Below, piece after piece: positions 28,444-38,569 of a stretch of 64,000 nt of DNA (the first letter of the stretch is position 1; each line of letters starts with the position of its first letter). The notes beneath the pieces were generated by a model that was given only the letters and a program-made list of their open reading frames with translations, did no database searches and had not been told where the DNA came from. Made by a program: the position numbers and the translations under genes. Origin of the DNA: Candidatus Limnocylindrales bacterium (lineage in GTDB: Bacteria > Chloroflexota > Limnocylindria > Limnocylindrales > CSP1-4); NCBI GenBank assembly GCA_038239115.1, contig JBBSFD010000003.1:24402-88401 (forward strand). The letters run 5' to 3'.

Positions 28444-28547
28444 GCCTTGACACTAGGAGCGCGCGGCGGCCTTCGGTAATCACCGCTTCGCACCATCGCC
28501 GAATAGGCCTTCTGCCGAACGGCCCGCCGAGCGCCGATACTGCGGCC

Positions 28548-29306
28548 ATGGCGTCGCCTGCAGGTCCAGGTCAACCGGCCCAACCGGCCCAACCGGCCCA
28601 ACCTGCCCGGCCCAGGCTCGTCCAGCTGGCGATGACCCTGCGCGTCGAAGATTGGCTGCTGTTCGGCTGGGTCGGCCTGGCGGCACCCGTCCTCGGCCAG
28701 CTCGACCCGTCGGCTGGGCCGTTCGACCCGGGCCACCCGGTCCAGGGAGCGCTCGAGGTGATTGGCGTGGTGGGCGCGCTGATCTGCCTCGTCACCGGCC
28801 GGTCCGATCCTCCGCCGGACGCTCGGCCGGAAGGCCCGGGCTGGGGCGCGACCGGGCCGCTGATGGGCGGACTGTTCCTCGTCAGCCTGGTCGGCTGGAC
28901 GGGCCTGGGCCTGTCGGGGACGCTCGCGACCGCGACCTGGATCGCCCTGGCGGTCGTGGTCGTCGCCGTCCGCTGGCGCTGGCCGGCGTTGCCCACGGTC
29001 GTCCGCCGGGCGCTCGTCACGCCGTTCATCCTGGCCGCCGGCGGCATCTTCTGGAGCGTGATCGACACCGTCACGGGCGGCCGGAGCGTGCTCGGCGGGC
29101 AGGCGGCCGGAACCACGCCGGGCGACATCGCCCTGCTCGTCGGCCTGCTGGCGGCGTTCTCGAGCGTCTACTACGCGATGCTGATCTACGCGCCGCGCCA
29201 GGTCGCCGAGCGTGAAGGCCGGCCAATCACCTGGCTCCTGCGCTTTGGCGTGTTCCTGGTCAGCGTCGCCGTGGGCCTCGTCTGGCTGCGGCCGTTGGGG
29301 GTCTGA
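28548..29306 (+). CDS. Integral membrane protein, hypothetical (6-7 TM) with N-terminal (PAQ)n repeat
   Basis: 252-aa ORF, hydrophobic helices throughout. Confidence 0.55.
   Translation: MASPAGPGQPAQPAQPAQPARPRLVQLAMTLRVEDWLLFGWVGLAAPVLGQLDPSAGPFDPGHPVQGALEVIGVVGALICLVTGRSDPPPDARPEGPGWGATGPLMGGLFLVSLVGWTGLGLSGTLATATWIALAVVVVAVRWRWPALPTVVRRALVTPFILAAGGIFWSVIDTVTGGRSVLGGQAAGTTPGDIALLVGLLAAFSSVYYAMLIYAPRQVAEREGRPITWLLRFGVFLVSVAVGLVWLRPLGV
28572..28607 (+). repeat. 9-bp tandem repeat caaccggcc x3 plus a degenerate copy, encoding PAQPAQPAQPA
   Basis: Seen directly. Potential slippage-prone tract at the 5' end of a membrane protein gene. Confidence 0.8.
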
Positions 29307-29325
29307 GCGCCGGCGTCAACACCGA

Positions 29326-30606
29326 TCAGGGCAGCGGGCGGGACCAGACGATCGAGCCGGTCCCATTCGTGCTGTCAAAGCCGACGACGACTTCAAGCGT
29401 CGGCGAGGCCGCGGCCGCATAGGCGGCGAAGTTGGTGAATGCCGGGTCGATCGCGATGCAGCTCCAGGAGGCGCCGTCGGTCGACGACCAGGTTCCGCCC
29501 AGGCAGCTGTCGGAACCGGACGGCCCCGTCGCCAGGAAGCCGCCTGGGACGACCGCCACGTGGAACAGCTGTCCGCTCGCAAACGAATCGCTGGTCCCCC
29601 TGGCCCAGCTGAGTCCGTCGCTCGACACCCAGGCGAGGGCCGACCCGTTGTCCTGCGATTCGACGGTCCCAACGGCGACCAGATGGCCGCCTGCCACGGC
29701 AATGCCAGTCATGAGTGCCCCGAAGGCCTGGTCCGCGCCCAGGGGCGGATGGAACGTGGTCGTGTCGGCGACCCGCGCCCATGCTCGCCCATCGATCGAC
29801 GTCCAGACGACCCCGTGGACCGGGCCCAGCGGTCCGCCCGGACGATTCGGCGCGCTGCCCACCGCGACGTAGCCTGGCCCGCCCTGGATGACGCTGGCCA
29901 TCGACGCGGACGAGAGCGATGTCGACTGCGGCTCACGGGTCCAGGTTCGTCCATCGCTCGACTGCCAGGCGGCGGCGCGGACGGCGGCGCTCCCGTTGCA
30001 GTTGTTCAGGCAGGCGGAGTACTCGGTGCCAACGGCGAGCCAGCCGCTCTCCGACGGCGTGACCGCGTCCATCTCGAGCGTGTTGCCCTTGGCTGGTGCG
30101 AGGGCCGGCCCGGTGGGTCCGGCCGACCAGCTCAGGCCGTCGGGCGAGAGCCAGCTGCGCGCACTCGAGCCTTGAGCACCGACGGCGACGATGCCGGCCG
30201 GCCCGGCACCGAAACCGTGGATCTCAACGTTTGGTCCCAGACCCGGCTGGAGGTTCCAGGTCTGCCCGTCCGTCGAGTCGAGAATCCGGGTTGACCCGTC
30301 ACCGGCCATGCCCGCCGCGACGAACCGCTGGCCCGTCCAGGTGACGAGCGAGAGCTGGACGGCGTCGAGAGTCGGGTTGTCCGGCGCTCGCTGCCAGCCG
30401 TCCGCGACCGCGGATGGGCCCGAGCTCGGGCCCGGGCTCGAGATCGGGCTTGCAGTTGCGATCGGAGGGCTCGAGACGCTGGGGCTGCCTGAAGGAGATG
30501 CCGTTGGCGTCGGATTGGCGCCGGTCGGCGCCGGCGTCCCGGTCGTGCCGCAGCCGGCGACCAGAAGGACGATCAAACCGGCCTGGGCGTACCGGGATCG
30601 ACGCAT
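29326..30606 (-). CDS. Lipoprotein with six Asp-box/BNR-like repeats; paralog of 3644..4984
   Basis: Lipobox LLVAGCG. Thr/Pro/Ser-rich linker. Six S-x-D-G-x-(T/S)-W repeats (STDGQTW, SPDGLSW, SSDGRTW, SIDGRAW, SSDGLSW, STDGASW). Same architecture as the 3644..4984 protein. Confidence 0.75.
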   Translation of the reverse strand: MRRSRYAQAGLIVLLVAGCGTTGTPAPTGANPTPTASPSGSPSVSSPPIATASPISSPGPSSGPSAVADGWQRAPDNPTLDAVQLSLVTWTGQRFVAAGMAGDGSTRILDSTDGQTWNLQPGLGPNVEIHGFGAGPAGIVAVGAQGSSARSWLSPDGLSWSAGPTGPALAPAKGNTLEMDAVTPSESGWLAVGTEYSACLNNCNGSAAVRAAAWQSSDGRTWTREPQSTSLSSASMASVIQGGPGYVAVGSAPNRPGGPLGPVHGVVWTSIDGRAWARVADTTTFHPPLGADQAFGALMTGIAVAGGHLVAVGTVESQDNGSALAWVSSDGLSWARGTSDSFASGQLFHVAVVPGGFLATGPSGSDSCLGGTWSSTDGASWSCIAIDPAFTNFAAYAAAASPTLEVVVGFDSTNGTGSIVWSRPLP

Positions 30607-30682
30607 TGGAGCCCCCAGGATCAGCGGCTATCCGACACAGATCAGACGCATGAGCGGGACCATCGTGACGGCTTCTCGGGCC

Positions 30683-32221
30683 TCACGATGGGTCGTCGGA
30701 CTCCGAGTCGGCCGTCGGCTTCGTGGCCGGCTCGGCCGTTGCTGCCTCCGGCTTCGCCTTCGGTCCGGGCTTGCGGGCCCATGGCCCCGCGGTGGCGGCC
30801 TTCCAGGCCTCGATGTCCATCCCCGCCCACGGGTCGAAGTCGGACTCCAATGCCTCCTGTGCGGGCCGGTCCGGCTCGGGGACGTGGATGAGGTTGACCC
30901 GAACCCGCGTCCAGGTCGTCGAGCGGCCGCGCATCGAGTCGACCAGGATGTCCGGCGCTTCGAGGAACTGGACGACCTCGGGATGGCGCACCTTCCAGCG
31001 CTCGAGCCCCGCGAGGGCCTCTGCCTGGTGCTCCGCCCGGGCGATCTCGACGACCGGGATGGCGCTCTTGCGCCGGCCGGTCGGCGTCGGCCTCGACCCG
31101 GCCCACTCGGTCGGCAGGCCCGCGTTCTCGTCGCCCGCAGCGACTGCGGCGGCCCGCTCGGCGGCCACCTCGGGCGGTGGGCCGCCGCCCTCGCCGCGGC
31201 CGGTCTCGTACTCGGACGTGGGCCGGCGCGCCCGCGAAGGCTGCACGCGTGGCGGCTCGCCGGCCTGCTTCGCGTAGTTCGGTGGCCAGGGGGCGTCGCC
31301 CAGACCCTGGGCCTCGTCCCGGGCGGAGAGCTCCAACAACCCCTCGAGCGAGCCGACCGCGTCGTCGATCCCCGCCCCGGGATCACCGATCTCGGCGTAG
31401 CGCCCGGGAACCGTCCGGATCGTGAAGTCCGCCGGATCGATCGTGGCCACCTCGGCCCAGGTCAGCGGGGTCGACACCCGGCCGTCGGGCCGGGGTCGGA
31501 TCGAGTAGGCCGAGGCGACCGTCCGGTCCTTGGCGTTCTGGTTGTAGTCGATGAACACGCCGTGGCGCTCCTCCTTCCACCATTTGGAGGTGGCCAGGTC
31601 GGGGGCGCGCTGCTCGACGTCGCGGGCCAGGGCCAGGGCGGCCCGGCGGACCTCGGGAAACGTCCAGTTGCGTTCGATCCGGACGTTGACATGGATCCCG
31701 CGCGAGCCGGAGGTCTTGGGCCAGCCGACCAGGCCGGCCGCCTCGAGCGACTCGCGCACGACCAGGGCCACGTCCCGGATCTGAGCCCATCCGATCCCCG
31801 GGACGGGGTCGAGATCGACCCGCAGCTCGTCCGGGTGATCCAGGTCATCCGCCCGGATCGGATGAGGGTTCAGGTCGATGCAGCCGAGGTTGATGATCCA
31901 GGCCAGCTGGGCCGCGTCCCGAATGACTACCTCCGAGGCGGTCCGGCCGGACGGGAACGACAGCTCGACCGTCTCGATCCAGTCGGGGCGGGATTCGGGG
32001 GCGCGCTTCTGGAAGAAGAACTGGCCCTCGGCGCCATTGACGAAGCGCTTGAGGGCCATCGGCCGAGCGCCCGCGCCGCGCAGCGCTCCGTCGGCCACGG
32101 CCAGGTAGTAGCGCACGACGTCCATCTTGGTCAGCCCGAGCTGGGCGAAGAAGACCTTGTCGGGATTGGTGATCGTGACCTCGCGGCCGGCCACCTCGAG
32201 GACCTCAGCCTTGCCTGCCAT
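30683..32221 (-). CDS. NHEJ DNA polymerase/primase domain protein (stand-alone LigD polymerase domain) with about 200-aa C-terminal extension
   Basis: VTITNPDKVFF, KRFVNGAEGQFFFQK, IINLGCIDLNPHP, SGSRGIHVNVRI and VFIDYNQNA match the LigD polymerase domain. The C-terminal about 200 aa is low-complexity/acidic with no recognisable domain. Confidence 0.85.
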   Translation of the reverse strand: MAGKAEVLEVAGREVTITNPDKVFFAQLGLTKMDVVRYYLAVADGALRGAGARPMALKRFVNGAEGQFFFQKRAPESRPDWIETVELSFPSGRTASEVVIRDAAQLAWIINLGCIDLNPHPIRADDLDHPDELRVDLDPVPGIGWAQIRDVALVVRESLEAAGLVGWPKTSGSRGIHVNVRIERNWTFPEVRRAALALARDVEQRAPDLATSKWWKEERHGVFIDYNQNAKDRTVASAYSIRPRPDGRVSTPLTWAEVATIDPADFTIRTVPGRYAEIGDPGAGIDDAVGSLEGLLELSARDEAQGLGDAPWPPNYAKQAGEPPRVQPSRARRPTSEYETGRGEGGGPPPEVAAERAAAVAAGDENAGLPTEWAGSRPTPTGRRKSAIPVVEIARAEHQAEALAGLERWKVRHPEVVQFLEAPDILVDSMRGRSTTWTRVRVNLIHVPEPDRPAQEALESDFDPWAGMDIEAWKAATAGPWARKPGPKAKPEAATAEPATKPTADSESDDPS

Positions 32222-32349
32222 ACGGCCAACGATACGCCGCCGGGTCTCGGGCATACTGCTCAGCGAGACGGTCGATTCGAGGGTCAGCCGTTCGTCGTTG
32301 AGATGACGGGCGACGACCGTGCCGGCCCGGCTGTGTCCAGGAGGACCGA

Positions 32350-32751
32350 ATGCGCTACTTGCTGCTCATCTACACTGCCGAGCCGAGCACCTCGGGTCCG
32401 AGCGAGGAGATGCTGGCCGAGTTCCCCGAGTACGGCAAGTTCACCCAGTGGGCCCGTGACAACGGGATGTACCAGGCCGGCGAGGCGCTCCATCCGACGA
32501 GCGCCGCCACCACGGTCCAGGTTCGAGATGGCCGGACGATCACCACCGACGGCCCGTACGCCGAGACCAAGGAAGCACTGGGCGGCTTCTACCTGATCGA
32601 GGCGCGCGACCTGGACGAGGCGATCGATGCGGCAGCCCGGATTCCGGGGGCTCGCCACGGCTCGATCGAGGTCCGGCCGATCTTCGACCAGCGGCCGAGC
32701 GACCGCGCCGGCAGCGCTGCCAACGACGAGGCCGTTGCCCCGGCAAGCTGA
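32350..32751 (+). CDS. YciI-family protein
   Basis: MRYLLLIY...[25 protein letters not shown] is a YCII-related domain signature. Likely partner of the downstream sigma factor. Confidence 0.8.
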   Translation: MRYLLLIYTAEPSTSGPSEEMLAEFPEYGKFTQWARDNGMYQAGEALHPTSAATTVQVRDGRTITTDGPYAETKEALGGFYLIEARDLDEAIDAAARIPGARHGSIEVRPIFDQRPSDRAGSAANDEAVAPAS

Positions 32752-34006
32752 CCCCAGCGCCGTCGTCGAGCGCCTGTTCCGCGAGGAGTCGGGCCGGACG
32801 GTTGCGACCCTGATCCGGGTCTTCGGCGACTTCGACCTCGCCGAAGAGGCTGTCCAGGAGGCGTTCATCGTCGCCCTGGAGCGCTGGCCGCGGGACGGTG
32901 TGCCGGCCAATCCCGGGGCCTGGATCACGACCACCGCGCGCAACCGGGCGATCGATCGACTCCGCCGGGCGCAGGTGCTGGCGACCAAGACCGACGAGCT
33001 CGGCCGGCGGGCCCTGATCGAATCCGGGATCCGACCGGGCGAACCCGACGAGGAGGAGGATGACGTGGCGATCGAGGACGATCGGCTCCGGCTGATCTTC
33101 ACCTGCTGTCACCCTGCGCTCGCCCTCGATGCCCAGGTCGCCCTGACCCTGCGTACGCTGGGCGGGCTGGCCACGCCCGAGATCGCCCGGGCCTTCCTGG
33201 TCCCCGAGGCCACCCTGGCCCAGCGCCTGGTCCGGGCCAAGCGCAAGATCCGCGAGGCCGGGATCCCCTACCGTGTCCCGCCCGACCATCTCCTGCCCGA
33301 ACGGCTCGAGGCGGTCCTGCGCGTGCTCTATCTCATCTTCAACGAGGGCTACGCCAGCTCAGCCGGCGAAGCGCTCGTCCGGCGCGAGCTGACCGGCGAG
33401 GCGATTCGCCTGGCCCGGGTCCTGGTCGAGCTCATGCCGGATGAGCCCGAGGCGATTGGGCTGCTCGCCCTGATGCTGCTCCAGGATGCCCGGCGCGAGG
33501 CCCGGGTCGGCGAATCGGGCGAGCTGATCCTCCTCGCCGACCAGGACCGCAGCCGCTGGGACCGCGAGCGGATCGCTGAAGGCGGCCGCCTGGTCGAGCG
33601 GGCGCTCCGGATGCAGCGGACCGGGCCGTACCAGCTCCAGGCAGCGATCGCCGCCGTCCACGATGAGGCGGCCGACCCGACCGTGACCGACTGGCCGCAG
33701 GTGGTGGGGCTGTATCGGCTGCTCGCGACGATCGCACCCTCGCCGATCGTCGAGCTGAACCTTGCCGTGGCGATCGCATTCGTGGACGGCCCGGCCGCGG
33801 GCCTGGCCCGGATCGATCGCCTCGTGGCCGACGGGCAGCTCGTCGGGTACCCCTATCTGTACGCCGCCCGGGCCGACCTCCTGCGGCGCCTCGACCGACG
33901 CCCGGAGGCCGCTGCCGCCTACCGCCAGGCGGCCGACCTCGTGGGCAATGCCGTCGAGCGGCGCTTCCTCGAGCGGCGCCTGCGCGAGGTGAGCACGCCC
34001 GCCTGA
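32735..34006 (+). CDS. ECF sigma-70 factor with C-terminal TPR-like extension (COG4941-type)
   Basis: Sigma-2 region [34 protein letters not shown], sigma-4 [34 protein letters not shown], then about 230 aa of helical repeat domain. Start uncertain: in-frame TTG 32735 (overlapping YciI by 17 nt) or upstream ATG 32627. Confidence 0.85.
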   Translation: MPRQADPSAVVERLFREESGRTVATLIRVFGDFDLAEEAVQEAFIVALERWPRDGVPANPGAWITTTARNRAIDRLRRAQVLATKTDELGRRALIESGIRPGEPDEEEDDVAIEDDRLRLIFTCCHPALALDAQVALTLRTLGGLATPEIARAFLVPEATLAQRLVRAKRKIREAGIPYRVPPDHLLPERLEAVLRVLYLIFNEGYASSAGEALVRRELTGEAIRLARVLVELMPDEPEAIGLLALMLLQDARREARVGESGELILLADQDRSRWDRERIAEGGRLVERALRMQRTGPYQLQAAIAAVHDEAADPTVTDWPQVVGLYRLLATIAPSPIVELNLAVAIAFVDGPAAGLARIDRLVADGQLVGYPYLYAARADLLRRLDRRPEAAAAYRQAADLVGNAVERRFLERRLREVSTPA

Positions 34007-34052
34007 GGGTCGCGTTCCGGCACCCGCCCGCAACCCTGAATGGTGCCCGGGC

Positions 34053-36947
34053 GTGCGACGATCTGGGCATGGGCAGCCAGCCGTGACCTCGCGTTCGAGC
34101 CAGCCGGCGGGCAACGCGGCGGTCCAGGCCGAACCGGCCGGCATCGGCACGGCCGGCGCGCGCGATCCGCTCGCCCGCGAGGTCAAGCTCCTTGGCGCCC
34201 TCCTCGGCCAGGTCATCGCGGAGCAGGCCGGCGAGCCCCTGCTGGCCAGGATCGAGGCGATCCGGGCCCGGGCCAAGGCCGGCCGGCGGATGGGCGAGGC
34301 GGGCGTGACGGCCGGTGCGACAGGCTCGTCGGGCGCCGTGACGGTCATCGAGGATGTCGACGCGCTGGACCTGGCCACCATCGAGTCGATCATCCGGGCG
34401 TTCGGCCTGTACTTCCAGGTGATCAACGTGGCCGAGGAGCGCGAGCGCGTGCGGACGCTCCGCCGACGCGAGCGCGCCAGCCAGGGCACGCCGATCGAGG
34501 ACTCCCTGGGCGCGGCGATCGACCGGCTCCTCGCCGACGGCCTCAGCCCCGAGCGAATCGGGCGCCTCGTCGGCGGCCTGTCGGTGGCGCCGGTGCTGAC
34601 CGCCCACCCGACCGAAGCCCGCCGGCGGACGTTGCTCCTGGCCCTGCGCCGGATCGCCCGCCTGGTTGAAGGGCTCGACGATCCGCGCCTCGCCCCGCGC
34701 GACGACCGCGACCTGCGCCGCCGGTTGCGCGAGGAGATCAGCCTGCTGTGGCGGACGGCCGAGCTGCGCTCGATCAGCCCGAGCCCGCTGGACGAGGTTC
34801 GCAGCGCGATGGTCTTCTTCGACGAGACCCTGTTCCGGGTGACGCCGGTCGTGGTCCGCGAGCTCGATGCGGCCCTCGATCGAGCCAACCGACCACTCGG
34901 GGCCAGGCGGGCGTCCGATTCGGGCGAGACCGGCACGCGCCCCAGCCGGGCCGCCACCTTCCTGCACTGGGGCAGCTGGATCGGCGCCGACCGGGACGGC
35001 AACCCCAACGTGACCGCCGAGCTGACCGCCCAGACGGCCCGCATCCATGCCGACCACGTCCTGCGCGGGCACGAGGCCGTGGTCAGCCGGTTGATGCAGA
35101 CGATCGCCTCGGCCGTCCCAGCGGAACGCCTCGACCGGCGGATTGCCCGGCGCCTGGCCCTCGATGACGATGACCTGCCCGAGCTCATGCGCCAGCTCGA
35201 CCGGCGCTTCGGAGATGAGCCCTATCGGCGCCGGCTGGGCGCGATGGCCGAGCGCCTGCGCCGGACCCGGAGCGCCCTGATCGGCGCCGCGGCCCCGCTG
35301 ACGGGCCGCTATCGCGACGTGGACGCCTTCCGCGAGGAGCTCGATGAGCTGTCCGCTGCCCTGGTGGCCGACGGCCTGGAGCGGGTCGCCTACGGTGAGC
35401 TGCAGGACCTCCGCTGGCAGGTCGACACGTTCGGCTTCCACCTGGCGGCCCTCGAGGTCCACCAGCACAGCAGCGTCCAGGCCCGGGCGCTGGACCGCCT
35501 GCAGACCAGCCGGCCGGAAGGGGACGGGACGGATCGTGCCCGAGAGGTCGAGGCCCTCGAGCTGCTGGCGACCCTCCGGGCTGTGGCCGAGATCCAGCGC
35601 CGCTTCGGCGCCGCCGCGGCCGGCCGCTGGATCGTGAGCTTCACCCGCGGATCCCAGGACATCCTCGACGTCCTGGTCCTGGCCGGGCTGGCCGGCCAGC
35701 CCGAGCCGGGGCTCGAGTCGACCTCCGGCTTTGCCCCGGCCCGCCCCACCCTCGACATCGTGCCCCTGCTCGAGTCGGCCGATGCGCTGGCCGACGCCGG
35801 CGGGATCCTCGAGGCGCTGCTCACCAATCCGCTGTATCGGACCCATCTGCGCGAACGCGGCGATCGCCAGGAGGTGATGCTGGGCTACTCCGATTCGAAC
35901 AAGGAATCGGGCTTCCTGGCGGCCAACTGGCTGCTCTACCGGGCCCAGGCCGAGCTGGTCCGGGTGGCCCGCGAGCAGGGCATCCAGCTGACCCTGTTCC
36001 ACGGCCGGGGCGGCGCGATCGGGCGGGGCGGCGGGGCGGCGGCGCGGGCGATCCGGGCCCAGGCCGCCGGGTCGATCGCCGGCCGGCTCAAGCTGACGGA
36101 GCAGGGCGAGGTGATCGCCACGAACTACGCCAACCCGACGATTGCCCGGCGCCACTTGGAGGAGCTGGCCGGGGCGACCCTGCTGGCCTCGGCCGAGGGC
36201 CAGTCGGCTCGCCAGGCGGCCGCCGAGGTGGATGGCTGGCCAGTGCTGGACGAGGTGGCCGAGGCGGCCGAAGGCGCCTATCGAGCCCTCGTCGACGCCC
36301 CGGGCTTCCCCGCCTTCTTCCGGGCGATCACCCCGATCGAGGAGCTGGCCGGGATGCGCCTGGGATCGCGCCCGGCCCGGCGGCCTTCAGGCCCCGCCCC
36401 GGAGCTCGCCTCGATCGATGGGCTGCGGGCGATCCCGTGGGTCTTCGCCTGGTCCCAGGTTCGTCTCGGTCTGCCCGGTTGGTTCGGCCTGGGCAGCGCC
36501 CTCGACACGTACCGGGAGCGCCACGGGCCGGCCGGCCTCGAGCGCCTCGCCCGGCTCTATCGGACCTGGCCCTTCTTCGAATCGATCCTCGACAATGCCG
36601 AGCTGGCCCTGGCCCGGGTCGACCTGCGCACGGCAAGCATGTACCGGAAGCTCGACTCCGGCCCGGCCGGTGATCGAGCCTGGGCCGCGATCGAGCGTGA
36701 ATTCGCGCTCGCCGCGGCGCTCCTCGGCGGGGTCACCGGCCGCTCCGGCCTGCTCGATGGCCTGCCCGCTGTCCAACGCTCGCTGGCCGTTCGGGCACCC
36801 TACCTGGACCCGTTGGCCGAGCTCCAGGTCCATCTCCTCGGGCGCCTCCGCGCGCTCGATCCCGACGACGCGTCGGCGGGCCCGATCCGGCGGCTGGTCC
36901 AGCTCACCGTGAACGCGATCGCGGCCGGCCTCCAGGCGACCGGCTAA
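34053..36947 (+). CDS. ppc: Phosphoenolpyruvate carboxylase
   Basis: VLTAHPTEARRRT, the long helical architecture and C-terminal ...GLQATG are PEPC hallmarks. GTG start 34053 (GTG 34086 is an alternative). The long antisense ORFs across this gene are artefacts. Confidence 0.9.
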   Translation: MRRSGHGQPAVTSRSSQPAGNAAVQAEPAGIGTAGARDPLAREVKLLGALLGQVIAEQAGEPLLARIEAIRARAKAGRRMGEAGVTAGATGSSGAVTVIEDVDALDLATIESIIRAFGLYFQVINVAEERERVRTLRRRERASQGTPIEDSLGAAIDRLLADGLSPERIGRLVGGLSVAPVLTAHPTEARRRTLLLALRRIARLVEGLDDPRLAPRDDRDLRRRLREEISLLWRTAELRSISPSPLDEVRSAMVFFDETLFRVTPVVVRELDAALDRANRPLGARRASDSGETGTRPSRAATFLHWGSWIGADRDGNPNVTAELTAQTARIHADHVLRGHEAVVSRLMQTIASAVPAERLDRRIARRLALDDDDLPELMRQLDRRFGDEPYRRRLGAMAERLRRTRSALIGAAAPLTGRYRDVDAFREELDELSAALVADGLERVAYGELQDLRWQVDTFGFHLAALEVHQHSSVQARALDRLQTSRPEGDGTDRAREVEALELLATLRAVAEIQRRFGAAAAGRWIVSFTRGSQDILDVLVLAGLAGQPEPGLESTSGFAPARPTLDIVPLLESADALADAGGILEALLTNPLYRTHLRERGDRQEVMLGYSDSNKESGFLAANWLLYRAQAELVRVAREQGIQLTLFHGRGGAIGRGGGAAARAIRAQAAGSIAGRLKLTEQGEVIATNYANPTIARRHLEELAGATLLASAEGQSARQAAAEVDGWPVLDEVAEAAEGAYRALVDAPGFPAFFRAITPIEELAGMRLGSRPARRPSGPAPELASIDGLRAIPWVFAWSQVRLGLPGWFGLGSALDTYRERHGPAGLERLARLYRTWPFFESILDNAELALARVDLRTASMYRKLDSGPAGDRAWAAIEREFALAAALLGGVTGRSGLLDGLPAVQRSLAVRAPYLDPLAELQVHLLGRLRALDPDDASAGPIRRLVQLTVNAIAAGLQATG

Positions 36948-36976
36948 GATGACGGCTGTGCAGCCTTGAGGATCGC

Positions 36977-37696
36977 GTGACCACCTCAGACCGAGCGACG
37001 GCCCCCCTGCCCGGCGCCGACACCCCTCGCCGTCGGGCGGCCTCGCCCGAGGAGATTGCCCGGCTGCTGACGGCCTACGTCACGACCGGCGACCTCCGGC
37101 CGGGCGCCCGGATCCCGTCCGAGCGGCGCCTGGCCGAGGAGCTGGGCGTCGGCCGGACGATCGTTCGCGAGGCCCTCAAGTCATTGGCCCTGGTCGGCCT
37201 GATCGAGTCGCGCCATGGCGACGGCACGTACGTGGCCGAGTCGACGCCGGAGTCGTTCTCGCGGGCGGTCGAATGGCGTCTCGTTGCCTGGGGCGGCGAG
37301 CGGGGTGACGTGGCCGAGGCGATCGCGGTCCTCGAAGGCGACCTCGCCGCGCTGGCGGCCGAACGCCGGACGGATGCGGACCTGCTCGAGCTGGCCCTCC
37401 ACCTTGCCAGCCAGCGCGAAGCCTCCGAGTCGAGCGACACGGCCGGCCTCAACGGCGCCCACCTCGCCTTTCGGGCCACGACCGCCGTGGCCGCCGGCAA
37501 CGTGACCCTGGCCAGCGTGGTTGAGGCGCTCCGGGCGGCCGCCCCGATCGTGGCCGCGGCCGAGATGGCCGTGATCGACCCGGCGGCCGATGCCCTGGTC
37601 CTCGATGCGATCCGGCAGCGCCGCGCCGATTCCGCCCGGCGGGCCGCTCGGGCCGGCCAGCCCCGCCCGTCGACCGAGGCCGACGACCTGAACTGA
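36977..37696 (+). CDS. GntR-family transcriptional regulator (FadR/FCD subfamily)
   Basis: GTG start. HTH PSERRLAEELGVGRTIVREALKSLALVGLIESRHGDGTYV plus an all-helical C-terminal domain. Confidence 0.85.
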   Translation: MTTSDRATAPLPGADTPRRRAASPEEIARLLTAYVTTGDLRPGARIPSERRLAEELGVGRTIVREALKSLALVGLIESRHGDGTYVAESTPESFSRAVEWRLVAWGGERGDVAEAIAVLEGDLAALAAERRTDADLLELALHLASQREASESSDTAGLNGAHLAFRATTAVAAGNVTLASVVEALRAAAPIVAAAEMAVIDPAADALVLDAIRQRRADSARRAARAGQPRPSTEADDLN

Positions 37697-37699
37697 GCG

Positions 37700-38569
37700 C
37701 TACTCCGTCAGATCCAGGCGGCGGATCAGGAGCACCGCCCCGGCCAGGGGCAGGATCGACCAGCCGAGCAGGGCCACCACCGCCAGCCAGGCCGGCGTAA
37801 ATGCGGCAAAGACGGACTGGTCGCCGCCGAGCAGGCGTGAGATCGAACCTGAGATCAGCGTGCCCGGCAGCCACGGGACGGGACTCTCCTGCCAGAACGG
37901 CGTCGCGGTCAGGGCCACGTCGACGACCAGGACCAGGACCGTCAGGAGCACGGCCAGGCCGGTCGAGCGGGTCACGACCGAGATCAGGATCGGCACGGAG
38001 ATGAACGGTAGGATGCACAGGACGCGCACGACCAGGGCCGGGCCCAGGTCCGACACCGGCGCGGCGAAATGCTGGAGCGGCGTGCCGTCGATCGACATGA
38101 GGAAGGGCGCGATCGTGCCGAAGATCAGGCCCACGGCCAGGGTCAGCAGGGCCAGCCCCAAGATCAGGCCGATCCGGACCGCCAGGACCGCCGATCGGTC
38201 GGCGATCAGGTGGATCGTCCGGATCGCGCCCCATTCGAACTCGCCAGCCGTCAGGGCGATCGCCAGGTACAGCCCGACGAGGATGACCCCAATCGGATTG
38301 GTGGCGATCTTGATCAGGCTGGCCGGAAAGGCGAAGGCGGGCATCTGCTCGGCCGTCTGCTGCTGGAGCTGGGCCTGGACCTGGGCCAGGACGTTCGGAT
38401 CCGGGTTCGGTCCGAGGTCGACATTGAGGACCTCGTGGATGCTCTGGACGGTCCGATTGAACTCGTTCAGGTAGAGCAGCGCGATCATCAGGGGCACCAG
38501 GATCAGGACCAGCCAGACATCGCGCCGGCGTCCGAAGCGGACCAGGTCGGCGGCCAGCAGGTGGCTCAT
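37700..38569 (-). CDS. ABC-2 type transporter permease
   Basis: Six TM helices, typical ABC-2 exporter permease layout. ATGA overlap with the upstream ATPase gene. Confidence 0.8.
   Translation of the reverse strand: MSHLLAADLVRFGRRRDVWLVLILVPLMIALLYLNEFNRTVQSIHEVLNVDLGPNPDPNVLAQVQAQLQQQTAEQMPAFAFPASLIKIATNPIGVILVGLYLAIALTAGEFEWGAIRTIHLIADRSAVLAVRIGLILGLALLTLAVGLIFGTIAPFLMSIDGTPLQHFAAPVSDLGPALVVRVLCILPFISVPILISVVTRSTGLAVLLTVLVLVVDVALTATPFWQESPVPWLPGTLISGSISRLLGGDQSVFAAFTPAWLAVVALLGWSILPLAGAVLLIRRLDLTE

Noticed and set aside
26035-28479. 814-aa plus ORF opposite the GGDEF-EAL gene
   Set aside because: Antisense artefact. The minus-strand product has complete PAS-GGDEF-EAL motifs.
33359-36155. 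Very long minus-strand ORFs (907 aa and 609 aa) overlapping ppc and the sigma factor gene
   Set aside because: Arg/Gly/Pro/Ala-dominated low-complexity translation. Antisense to genes with clear homology (ppc, ECF sigma). Typical GC-rich antisense artefact.
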